DNA of 32,000 nucleotides from Gemmataceae bacterium. Its GTDB lineage: Bacteria > Planctomycetota > Planctomycetia > Gemmatales > Gemmataceae. Positions 7,530 through 15,321 of this stretch are shown in pieces (position 1 is the first letter of the stretch; every line of letters begins with the position of its first letter). The notes beneath the pieces are model-generated. The model worked only from the letters and a program-made list of their open reading frames with translations. It did no database searches and had not been told where the DNA came from. A program made the translations under genes and the position numbers. The stretch is taken from positions 1,532,718-1,564,717 of the forward strand of contig JAXMBA010000002.1 of NCBI GenBank assembly GCA_046350095.1, given 5' to 3'.

Positions 7530-10067
7530 ATGAGCGAGGCTGACGAGGCCGGCCCGCGGGCGTGCGAGCCGGCACCGACCGGGTTCCCCGCGGTCGAACG
7601 ACCCGACCCCGCCCGCGCCTGCCGGCGGATCGTGCGGGTGGGCGTCGCCGTCGGGGCGGCCGTCGGGCTGACCTGCCTGGTCGGCTGGTGGTTCGCCCTC
7701 GGGCCGCTCGGCGAGCGCGACTCCTACTACACCCTGGCCCCGAGCGTCAGCCTGGGGTTCGTCCTGATCGGGGCCGCCGTCCTCGCCCGGGTCGAGCGCC
7801 CGACCTGCCCGCGGGCGGGGGCGGCCGCGGCCGCGGCGGCCGCCCTCGCGGTCGGCTGGGGGGCGGTCCGCGTCGCCGAGCACCTGGCCGGGCGGGCCGA
7901 CCACGAGACGACCGACTACCGCCTCCTCGACGCCCTCTGGCGGGTCGGCGCGGCCGGGCCCGGCGACGCGGTGATGTCCCCGATCACCGCCGCCAACTTC
8001 GCCCTGGCCGGCGTCGCCCTGGCCCTCCTGTCGTGGGCTCACCCCCGAACCCGGGCCGCCGCGGCGGCGCTGGCCGCGGTGGTCGCCACGGTCAACGCCC
8101 TGCTGCTCGTGGACTACGCCCTCGGGGCCGAGCTGGTCTACCGGTCCGCGGTGTTCATCTCCGTCCAGACCGGGCTGGTCTGGGTGTTCCTGGGCTCGGC
8201 CCTGATGGCGGCGGCCGGGCCCGACCGGTGGCCGCTGCGGCGGGTGGTCGGCGCCACGTCCACCGAGGCGCGGCTGCTGCGGGCGTTCCTCCCGGTCACC
8301 CTGGCCGCCCTGCTGGTCGCCAGCGCCCTCCACAACCTCACCTACGGGTCGAAGGGGGTGATCGCCGACAAGGCCCTGGTGCCGAAGGAGTACCAGGCCC
8401 TGGTCGGCGCCGTCTGGACCCTGCTCACCGCCGCGGTGGTCGGCGCGATCGTGGTCCGGTTCGCCCGCGGCATCGCCCGGCAGCTGGACCGGGCCGAGGC
8501 CGAGCGGTGCCGCGTCCTCGACGAGCTCCGCGCCGCCCGGGACGCCGCCGACGCCTCCAACCGGGCCAAGAGCCAGTTCCTGGCGAACATGAGCCACGAG
8601 CTGCGCACCCCGCTCAACGCGGTGATCGGGTACAGCGAGCTGCTGGCCGACGCGGCCGGCGACGACGGCCGCGCCGAGTACCTGCCGGACCTGGGGAAGA
8701 TTCACGCCGCCGGGAAGCACCTGCTCACCCTCATCAACGACATCCTCGACCTGTCCAAGATCGAGGCCGGGCGGGTCACCCTGGCCCCGGAGGCGGTGGA
8801 CGTTTCGGCCCTGGTCGCCACCGCGGCCACCACCATCCGCCCGCTGGTCGAGAAGAACGGGAACACGTTCGTGGTGGACTGCCCGGCCGGCGCCGGCGAG
8901 CTCACGGCCGACCCGACGCGGGTCCGCCAGTGCCTGTACAACCTGCTCGGCAACGCCGGCAAGTTCACCGACCGCGGGGAGGTGCGGCTGGAGGTCGCCC
9001 GGGAGGAGCGGGGCGGGGCCGGGTGGGTGGTGTTCCGCGTCCGCGACACCGGCATCGGCATGACGCCCGAGCAGCTCGGCCGGATCTTCCAGCCGTTCGT
9101 CCAGGCCGACCTCTCGACGACGCGGAAGTACGGCGGGACCGGCCTGGGGCTGACCATCACCCGCAAGCTGGCCCGGATGATGGGCGGGGACGTGCGGGTG
9201 GCGAGCGAGCCGGGGCGGGGGACGGAGTTCACCCTGGAGCTCCCGGCCCGCCCGGCGGCCGCCCCGGCGCTCACGGCCGCGCCGGTCGCGGCCGCCGCCC
9301 TGCCCCGGCCGGGGGTCGGGAACACGGTGGTGGCGGTGGACGACGACCCGGCCGTGCTCGACATCCTGACGCGGTACCTGACCGGCGAGGGGTACCGGGT
9401 GGTGGCGGTGCCGAACGGGGCCGACGCCGTCCGCGTGTGCCGCGAGGTCCGGCCCGCGGCCGTCACCCTCGACGTGATGATGCCGGAGGTGGACGGGTGG
9501 TCGGTCCTGGCCGCGCTGAAGGCCGACCCGGAGCTGGCCGGGATCCCGGTGATCATGCTGACGATCGTGGAGGACCGGAGCCTGGGGCACGCCCTCGGCG
9601 CGGCCGACTACCTGTTCAAGCCGGTCGACCCGGGCCGGCTGCTGGCGACCGTCCGCCGGCACGCGCCGGCCCGGCGGGGGCTGGCGCTGATGGTCGAGGA
9701 CGACGGCCCGACGCGGGAGATCGTGCGGCGGATGCTGGAGAGCGACGGCTGGGCGGTGGCCGAGGCGGGCAACGGGCGGGAGGCGCTGGGGTGCGTGGGG
9801 CGGGCGAAGCCGGGGCTGATCGTCCTCGACCTGATGATGCCGGAGATGGACGGGTTCGAGTTCCTGACGGAGTTGCAGCGGCACCCGGACTGGCGGTCGA
9901 TCCCGGTGATGGTGGTGACGGCCAAGGACTTGACCCCGGAGGACCGGGGGTTCCTGAACGGGTCGCTGATGCTCAGCGGGGCGGGCCGGCGGGTGCTCCA
10001 GAAGGGGGCGTTCAGCCGCGAGGACCTGTTGCGCGAGGTCCGCGACCTGCTGGCCGTGCGGGTCTAA
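7530..10067 (+). CDS. Hybrid sensor histidine kinase: multi-pass membrane sensor region, HisKA, HATPase_c and two C-terminal receiver domains
   Basis: The N-terminal ~300 aa are hydrophobic with several predicted TM helices, including the [19 protein letters not shown] segment. H-box [19 protein letters not shown] at about nt 8590-8645. ATPase motifs [16 protein letters not shown] and [12 protein letters not shown]1 is [14 protein letters not shown]...[11 protein letters not shown]...FKP. REC2 is [13 protein letters not shown]...[11 protein letters not shown]...VVTAKD. Confidence 0.9.
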   Translation: MSEADEAGPRACEPAPTGFPAVERPDPARACRRIVRVGVAVGAAVGLTCLVGWWFALGPLGERDSYYTLAPSVSLGFVLIGAAVLARVERPTCPRAGAAAAAAAALAVGWGAVRVAEHLAGRADHETTDYRLLDALWRVGAAGPGDAVMSPITAANFALAGVALALLSWAHPRTRAAAAALAAVVATVNALLLVDYALGAELVYRSAVFISVQTGLVWVFLGSALMAAAGPDRWPLRRVVGATSTEARLLRAFLPVTLAALLVASALHNLTYGSKGVIADKALVPKEYQALVGAVWTLLTAAVVGAIVVRFARGIARQLDRAEAERCRVLDELRAARDAADASNRAKSQFLANMSHELRTPLNAVIGYSELLADAAGDDGRAEYLPDLGKIHAAGKHLLTLINDILDLSKIEAGRVTLAPEAVDVSALVATAATTIRPLVEKNGNTFVVDCPAGAGELTADPTRVRQCLYNLLGNAGKFTDRGEVRLEVAREERGGAGWVVFRVRDTGIGMTPEQLGRIFQPFVQADLSTTRKYGGTGLGLTITRKLARMMGGDVRVASEPGRGTEFTLELPARPAAAPALTAAPVAAAALPRPGVGNTVVAVDDDPAVLDILTRYLTGEGYRVVAVPNGADAVRVCREVRPAAVTLDVMMPEVDGWSVLAALKADPELAGIPVIMLTIVEDRSLGHALGAADYLFKPVDPGRLLATVRRHAPARRGLALMVEDDGPTREIVRRMLESDGWAVAEAGNGREALGCVGRAKPGLIVLDLMMPEMDGFEFLTELQRHPDWRSIPVMVVTAKDLTPEDRGFLNGSLMLSGAGRRVLQKGAFSREDLLREVRDLLAVRV

Positions 10068-10142
10068 CTCCGCCGGCCCCGATCGCGACGACGGCCCGTC
10101 TTCCCCGCGGTCCCACGGGCCTTACAATGCCGCGGACGGGTA

Positions 10143-10240
10143 GGGGGGTGTTTACTCGGCTGGTGCCGGTCCCGGTCTTCAAAACCGGTGAGGGGTGTGA
10201 ACAACGCCCCTGGTGGGTTCGATTCCCATCCACCCCCGCC
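10143..10240 (+). tRNA. selC: Probable selenocysteine tRNA (tRNA-Sec, anticodon UCA)
   Basis: Hand-folded cloverleaf. Acceptor 10144-10150 gggggtg pairs with 10231-10237 caccccc. D stem 10156-10160/10165-10169 has a 4-nt loop tggt. Anticodon stem 10172-10176 ccggt pairs with 10184-10188 accgg, loop cttcaaa, anticodon tca at 10179-10181. A long variable arm has a 7-bp stem, 10191-10197/10205-10211. T arm gtggg-ttcgatt-cccat spans 10213-10229. Acceptor plus T helix totals 13 bp. CCA is not fully encoded. The exact ends are uncertain by 1-3 nt. Confidence 0.7.
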
Positions 10241-10265
10241 CGCCGCGACCGCCGACCGCCCGGCC

Positions 10266-11699
10266 CTACACCAGCTCCCCGATCACGTCGCCGTGCGGGA
10301 GCATCGGCATCGGCCGGCCGCTGCCGTCGGGGAAGCTCGTCCGGTTGGGGTCGATGTTCAGGTGCCGGAACACCGTCGCCCACAGGTCGTTCGGCGACAG
10401 CGGCCGGTCCTTCGGCACCTCCGCCCGCGCCGTCGTGCTCCCCACCACCTGCCCCGTCTTGCACGCGCCACTGACGAGGATGCTCATCGCGTTCGGCCAG
10501 TGGTCGCGGCCCGGCTGCGTCACGCCCGTCTGCGAGCCCACCGTGTACTCCACCTTCGGCGTCCGCCCGAACTCGCCCGTCACCACCAGCAGCACCCGGC
10601 GGTTCAGCCCGCGCAGGTACAGGTCGTCGATCAGCGCCGCGATCGCCTGGTCCAGGAAGCCGAGCTTGTACCTGGTGTCGTCGAAGATGTGGCAGTTGAC
10701 CGCGTGCGAGTCCCAGTTGTAGGTGTGGTTCTTCTTCATCTCGCCGCCGAACGGGGTGGCGTTCTCCATCACCATCGTCACCCAGCTGGCCCCGTGCTCG
10801 ACCAGCCGCCGGGCCAGCAGCGCCCGCTGGCCGTAGCGGTGCATGCCGTAGCGGTCGCGGGTGCGGGCGTCCTCGCGGCGGAGGTCGAAGGCGTTCCGCG
10901 CCGTGTCGGTCGTCACCAGCTCGAGCGCCCGGCCGCGGTGGTTGTCCACCGCGCCGGCGGCGCCGGTGATGTCGGACCCGCGCAGGGGGCGGTCGAGGGC
11001 GCCGAGCACGCCCACGCGCTCGGCCAGCCGCGCCGACTGCTCGGGCCGCGCGCTCAGCCCCTGGATGTCGAACTTCGGGTCGGACGGGTCGCCGTGGAAG
11101 GTGAACGGGTGGCTCTGCGGGCCGAGGTACGCCGAGCCGAAGCTGAACGTGTCGATCTGCTGCCGGCCGCCGTCCACGCCGCAGACGTAGTTCGGCACCG
11201 CGGCGTGCCGGTGCTTCAGCACCTCCGCGGCCATGGACCCGACCATCGGCGTGTCGTTCACGAAGCCGACCGGCTGCGCCGGGTCGCGGCCGGTGAGGAA
11301 GCGCTTGTGGCCGCCGCCGTGGTCGGCGAAGCGGTGGCTTACGGAGCGGATGAGGGCGTACTTGTCGGCCATCGTGGCGAGCCGCGGCAGGTGCTCGCAG
11401 ACGTCGATGCCGGGGACGTTCGTGCGGACGGGCCGGTAGGCGCCGCGGTACTCCTCGGGCGCGTCCGGCTTCATGTCGAACGTGTCCTGGTGCGGCGGCC
11501 CGCCGGGGAGCCACACGAAGATCACGGCCGGGTCGTTGGTGGTGTGGTCGTCCGGGCTGCCGTGGGCGGTGAGGCCGTGGGCGGCGGACGCGAGGGCGAC
11601 GGAGCCGAACTTGAGCGCGTCCCGGCGGCTGGGGCCGGGGCAGGGGCGGGCGGGCATCGCGACGGGCTCCGCGGGCGCGGGCGGTGGGTGGAGGGCCAC
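10266..11699 (-). CDS. DUF1501 family protein (sulfatase-fold, Tat-signal), typical of Planctomycetota
   Basis: Twin-arginine signal SRRDALKFGSVALASAAHG. DUF1501-type block FVWLPGGPPHQDTFDMKPDAPEEYRGAYRPVRTNVPGIDVCEHLPRLATMADKYALIRSVSH. C-terminal TGEFGRTP...GRDHW. The start is either GTG at 11699 or ATG at 11657. Confidence 0.85.
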   Translation of the reverse strand: MALHPPPAPAEPVAMPARPCPGPSRRDALKFGSVALASAAHGLTAHGSPDDHTTNDPAVIFVWLPGGPPHQDTFDMKPDAPEEYRGAYRPVRTNVPGIDVCEHLPRLATMADKYALIRSVSHRFADHGGGHKRFLTGRDPAQPVGFVNDTPMVGSMAAEVLKHRHAAVPNYVCGVDGGRQQIDTFSFGSAYLGPQSHPFTFHGDPSDPKFDIQGLSARPEQSARLAERVGVLGALDRPLRGSDITGAAGAVDNHRGRALELVTTDTARNAFDLRREDARTRDRYGMHRYGQRALLARRLVEHGASWVTMVMENATPFGGEMKKNHTYNWDSHAVNCHIFDDTRYKLGFLDQAIAALIDDLYLRGLNRRVLLVVTGEFGRTPKVEYTVGSQTGVTQPGRDHWPNAMSILVSGACKTGQVVGSTTARAEVPKDRPLSPNDLWATVFRHLNIDPNRTSFPDGSGRPMPMLPHGDVIGELV

Positions 11700-12210
11700 C
11701 GTTTAGCCTACCCGCGGGCCAGAATGAAGTCAAACCAGTGGAAGCCGGAGCGCCACGCCGCGAATCGCGGTGCCTTCCGACATTCTGGCGCTGCGCGGCG
11801 GGTCGGCCCGGCGGGCCAGAACCCGACTTTCGCGCCGCGATGAGAGTCAGAATCCGTCGACGCGGTTACAGCCGTTCCACGAGTGAGCGGAGAATTCTCG
11901 CACCAATCCGCGGCCTTTCCGCGATTCCGGCAGGTCGAGTTCTCCGCACTGGCCGGCGGCTGAACAGGCTGTCGGTGTTTCCGGCGCGCCCGGCGGCGAA
12001 CCCGCGGCGGTATGGCACTGCCGCTGCAATCGTCCACACGCCCCCGCCCAGTTGGTACGCGCGGCCGAGTCCCGGCGAGCCCCCGGCTTCGCCGGCCCAC
12101 CTCGTGACGTACCCACCCCCGTCCCCGCCCGACTCGAAGCCGGGCCGGGGCTGACTGTCCGAGCCCCCGGGTGTCGGCGGTCGTTCCACACTCCCACGGA
12201 GGAACCGCAG

Positions 12211-13200
12211 ATGGATCGGAACAAGCTGGTGGCTGGCGGCTTTCACCCACGCCTGGAGGAACTGGTCAACCGCATCGTCCCGGCGGTCACCGTCGACCTC
12301 ACCGGCGGCGTTCTGACGCTGACCGGCGACGAGACGGACGACCGCGCGGTGGTCACCATCGACGGCGACGAAATCACCGTCGAGGCCGGCGGCGAGACCA
12401 CCACCGAGACGCTCGAGGAGGGCGAGGCGCTCACGGCGATCACGGCCGACCTCGGGGACGGGGACAACCGCCTGGTGGTGAACCTGGGCGAGGTCGGCCG
12501 CGACGAGGAGCTGACGATCGACGTGACGGCCGGCGACGGGGACGACCGGGTGGTGGTGAACGCGGACGAGGTCGGCCGGGACGCCGAGCTGACGATCACC
12601 GCCGACACCGGGGCCGGGGATGACGTGTTCCGGGTCGACCTCGGCGAGGTCGGCAAGGGGGCCACCGCCACGATCAACGGCGAGCTCGGGGCGGGGGCCG
12701 ACCGGTTCGTGCTCGGGGACATCGAGGTCGGCCGCGACGCGTCGCTGACGGTCGACGTCGAGACGAACGGCGGGGCCGACGTGGTCCGCCTGGGGAGCAT
12801 CGAGGTCGGCCGGGACGGGGAGCTGGCGGTCGACGTCGACACGGGTGCTGGGGACGACCGGCTGGTCCTGTCCGGGTTTGAGGTCGGGAACGGGGCGACC
12901 GCGACCGTGACCGCCGACCTGAAAGGCGGAACGGACACCGTCGTCGGGCTCGACGACGCCGAGGCCGTGAAGAACCTGGACGTGGAGGTGACCAACGCCG
13001 AGACGTTCCGGGACGGCAGCAGTGACGACGACGACTCGGACGGCGGGAGCGGCGGTGAGGACGACGACGACGACTCGGACGGCGGGAGCGGCAGCGGCAG
13101 CGCGATCGACCGGGTGGTCGAGCAGTTGCAGCGGCTCGTCGACCGGCTCGTCGACCGCATCGGGCAGGTGATCGACCGACTGCGGGACCGGATCGGGTAA
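12211..13200 (+). CDS. Highly acidic repeat protein: six to seven ~26-residue repeats, an Asp/Gly/Ser linker and a C-terminal amphipathic helix. Function unknown.
   Basis: ATG at 12211 is preceded by GGAGGA at 12199-12204. The repeat unit is G-[AD]-G-D-D-R-x-V-V-N-x-x-E-V-G-R-D-x-E-L-T-x-D-V-x-T, for example GDGDNRLVVNLGEVGRDEELTIDVTA, GDGDDRVVVNADEVGRDAELTITADT and GAGDDRLVLSGFEVGNGATATVTADLK. The tail is IDRVVEQLQRLVDRLVDRIGQVIDRLRDRIG. No signal peptide is evident. The overlapping 751-aa minus-strand ORF also overlaps a clearly real plus-strand gene, so I treat it as a shadow. Confidence 0.7.
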   Translation: MDRNKLVAGGFHPRLEELVNRIVPAVTVDLTGGVLTLTGDETDDRAVVTIDGDEITVEAGGETTTETLEEGEALTAITADLGDGDNRLVVNLGEVGRDEELTIDVTAGDGDDRVVVNADEVGRDAELTITADTGAGDDVFRVDLGEVGKGATATINGELGAGADRFVLGDIEVGRDASLTVDVETNGGADVVRLGSIEVGRDGELAVDVDTGAGDDRLVLSGFEVGNGATATVTADLKGGTDTVVGLDDAEAVKNLDVEVTNAETFRDGSSDDDDSDGGSGGEDDDDDSDGGSGSGSAIDRVVEQLQRLVDRLVDRIGQVIDRLRDRIG

Positions 13201-13207
13201 CTGAGGT

Positions 13208-13244
13208 CCGTTCCGGGTCGGGGCTCGCCCCCGACCCGGGACGG
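13208..13244 (+). terminator. GC-rich stem-loop immediately after the repeat-protein stop (putative terminator, no U-tract)
   Basis: 13208-13223 pairs with 13229-13244. The core ccgggtcgggg/ccccgacccgg is 11 perfect bp, extended to about 16 bp with one G-U pair. The loop is ctcgc. It starts 8 nt after the stop at 13200. Confidence 0.5.
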
Positions 13245-13314
13245 CCGGCGGTCGGGGGGTGCGGCGTATCCGGCGGGATCCCCGTACAGTAACGGCGGGA
13301 GACGAACCGTACCC

Positions 13315-13983
13315 GTGCCGGGTGGGGCCGCCGTGCCGATCCAGATTCTCACCGTCGAGTCGCAGCCGTTCGCCGAGAACTCCTACGTCGTGTGGCGCGA
13401 CGGCGGCACGGAGGGGTTCGTCATCGACCCCGGGTTCGAGCCCGACCTCATCCACGACGCCCTCGCCGAGCGGAGCCTCACGCTCGCGGCCATCGTCTGC
13501 ACCCACGGCCACGTCGACCACATCGCCGGCAACGCCTTCCTGAAGCAGGCCTTCCCCGCCGCCCCCATCCTGATCGGCTCCGGCGACGCCCCCATGCTGA
13601 CGGACGCGGACCTGAACCTGAGCGGCCCGTACGGCATGCCGGTCACCAGCCCCCCGGCCGACCGCCTGGTGGCCGACGGCGAGCGGGTCACGGTCGCGGG
13701 CATCGAGCTGGAGGTGTTCGACGTGCCGGGCCACTCGCCGGGGCACGTCGTCTACGTGCTCCGCGAGACGAACCCGCCGACGGTCCTGGGCGGCGACGTG
13801 CTGTTCCGCGGCAGCATCGGGCGGGTCGATTTCCCCGGCGGCAGCTTCGAGACGCTGAAGCACCACATCGAACGGGTGCTGTGGCCGCTGCCGGACGGCA
13901 CGGTGGTGTACCCGGGTCACGGTCCGGTGACGACCGTGGGGCACGAGAAGCGGACGAACCCGTTTGTCGGCAAGGGATTGTGA
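13315..13983 (+). CDS. MBL-fold metallo-hydrolase (glyoxalase II / YcbL-like)
   Basis: HxHxDH motif THGHVDHIAGN, then DVPGHSPGH and GDVLFRGSIGRVDFPGGS. GTG start at 13315, though a slightly later start is possible. Confidence 0.85.
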   Translation: MPGGAAVPIQILTVESQPFAENSYVVWRDGGTEGFVIDPGFEPDLIHDALAERSLTLAAIVCTHGHVDHIAGNAFLKQAFPAAPILIGSGDAPMLTDADLNLSGPYGMPVTSPPADRLVADGERVTVAGIELEVFDVPGHSPGHVVYVLRETNPPTVLGGDVLFRGSIGRVDFPGGSFETLKHHIERVLWPLPDGTVVYPGHGPVTTVGHEKRTNPFVGKGL

Positions 13984-14001
13984 CGAGACAGAAACGACGA
14001 T

Positions 14002-14049
14002 CCGCACGGTTGGCCGACTGCCTCTCCCCTCAGTCGACCAACCGTGCGG
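14002..14049 (+). terminator. Stem-loop after the MBL hydrolase gene (putative terminator)
   Basis: ccgcacggttggccgactg (14002-14020) pairs with cagtcgaccaaccgtgcgg (14031-14049), 19 bp with one C/A mismatch. The loop is cctctcccct. No clear U-tract follows. Confidence 0.45.
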
Positions 14050-14202
14050 TGTCAGGCTCTCGCCGCCTGAAGATAAAGCAGGGTGCGTGCCACGGCCGCG
14101 GCGCGGAACCCGGAGCGGCATTCGTCAACGCCTAAAGTGTCATCACGGAACGACTTCTGGCGGTCAGAAAAATCGCCCGCGGGACGTGACAGGATACCGA
14201 TT

Positions 14203-14237
14203 CACGGCGAATTGCCCAATATGACGGCAAACTGCCC
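14203..14237. promoter_or_regulatory. Two similar 15-nt sites spaced 20 bp apart upstream of fhcD (candidate operator)
   Basis: cACGGCGAATTGCCC is at 14203-14217 and gACGGCAAACTGCCC at 14223-14237. Each contains a GGC-N5-GCC dyad. They lie in a lower-GC 420-bp intergenic region, about 170 bp upstream of the fhcD start. Confidence 0.25.
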
Positions 14238-14406
14238 GCGAAAGTGCGCAGTCATCGCGCATCTGGCAGCGAAACCCCAACGCTCTTTTGTGGCATCGAC
14301 TCATTTCGTGCCCTGACCCCCCGGGGGGTGCGGAGACACACAATGTGGTTGGCTTGACCGTGGGCCGGGAATGCGGACAATCACCGCTGCCCCCCGGGAG
14401 CCCGAC

Positions 14407-15315
14407 ATGCCGGCGACGATCGACGACACGTATGCCGAGGCCTTCCGCAGCATCTACGCCTCCGTGCTCGTGACGGCCCGCGACCGCACCTGGCTCGACC
14501 ACGCCATCAACGCCGCCACCGGCAACGCCAGCTCGGCCATCCTCTGCGACTGCGAAGCGGGGTTGGATCGCTATGTGGACGCGAGCGAAACGCCCGACGG
14601 CCGGCCCGGCGCGATCGTGCAGTTCCACGTGCCGCGGTTCTGGAAGGACCGCGAGGCGAAGCTGGAGCGATCGGTGCTCGTGCGGGTGTGCCAGAACGTG
14701 CTGACGTGCCCGACGACGGCGGCGTTCAACGTGCTGCCGGCCGAGGAGAAGTGGTTCCCGCTGGGGCGGAAGGTGTCGTACTTCGGCGACGGCCACCAGT
14801 ACGCGGCGGAGCGGTTCGGGCGGCGCTGCTGGGTGGTGCCGATCCTCAGCGGCGAGTTCGTGATCGAGCGCCGCTGCGGCTGGGCCGAGGGGCTGATGGG
14901 CGGCAACCTGTGGTTCTTCGGCGCCACCGCCGACGGGGCGCTGGAAGGCGCCACCCGCGCGGCGGCCGCAGCGGCGCAGACCCCGGGGGTGATCCTGCCG
15001 TTCCCCGGCGGCGTGGCGAGCAGCGGGTCGAAGGCGGGCAGCAAGTACAAGTTCGCCATCGCCAGCACCTACGCCGAGTACTGCCCGACGCTGCGGGACT
15101 CGATGGGCGAGGCGAGCAAGCTGCCGGCCGGCGTGGCGAGCGTGCAGGAGATCATCATCAACGGCCGCGACCTGGCGACGATCGCCGCCGCGACGCAGGC
15201 GGCGATCGCCGCGGCGCGGGACACGCCGGGGCTGCTGACGATCTCGGCGGGGAATTATGGGGGGAGGTTGGGCAAGAGTTTCGTGTACCTGCACCCCGAG
15301 AAGCAACCGGCGTGA
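14407..15315 (+). CDS. fhcD: Formylmethanofuran-tetrahydromethanopterin N-formyltransferase (Ftr / FhcD-like)
   Basis: The N-terminal block IDDTYAEAFRSIYASVLVTARDRTWLDHAINAATGNASSAILCDCEAGL resembles the conserved Ftr N-terminus. The length (~300 aa) fits. The C-terminal half is Gly-rich. I prefer ATG at 14407 over the track start at 14371. Confidence 0.78.
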   Translation: MPATIDDTYAEAFRSIYASVLVTARDRTWLDHAINAATGNASSAILCDCEAGLDRYVDASETPDGRPGAIVQFHVPRFWKDREAKLERSVLVRVCQNVLTCPTTAAFNVLPAEEKWFPLGRKVSYFGDGHQYAAERFGRRCWVVPILSGEFVIERRCGWAEGLMGGNLWFFGATADGALEGATRAAAAAAQTPGVILPFPGGVASSGSKAGSKYKFAIASTYAEYCPTLRDSMGEASKLPAGVASVQEIIINGRDLATIAAATQAAIAAARDTPGLLTISAGNYGGRLGKSFVYLHPEKQPA

Positions 15316-15321
15316 AACAGG

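Noticed and set aside
6042-9884. 1280-aa ORF on the minus strand
   Set aside because: It is antisense to the cyclase and hybrid kinase genes, whose plus-strand translations contain full sets of catalytic motifs. Its product is a low-complexity Pro/Arg/Gly/His-rich string with no motifs. This is the classic high-GC shadow ORF.
10068-10300. Genomic island integrated at the tRNA-Sec gene
   Set aside because: I noticed no integrase, excisionase or direct repeat of the tRNA 3-prime end nearby. Flanking genes have native-looking composition.
10012-11843. 573-aa minus-strand and 551-aa plus-strand ORFs overlapping DUF1501 and the tRNA
   Set aside because: They are alternative frames of the DUF1501 locus. 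The 477-aa frame has the Tat signal and the conserved family blocks, and the others are low complexity. They would also run through the tRNA gene.
12440-12920. CRISPR-like periodicity (~78-bp period at the DNA level)
   Set aside because: The periodicity is an in-frame coding repeat of the acidic protein. The units are only moderately similar at the DNA level, there is no repeat-spacer alternation, and no cas genes are present.
11866-14121. 751-aa minus-strand ORF spanning the repeat-protein and MBL hydrolase regions
   Set aside because: It overlaps the plus-strand MBL hydrolase, which has an unambiguous HxHxDH motif. It also crosses two hairpin-containing intergenic regions. Its composition is shadow-like.
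14050-14406. Possible C1/folate-related riboswitch (ZTP or THF type) in the long leader of fhcD
   Set aside because: The string GGGACGTGAC superficially recalls the ZTP/pfl motif. I could not find the conserved downstream CCGCCUGGGC pseudoknot partner or the other core segments. An Rfam scan would settle it.
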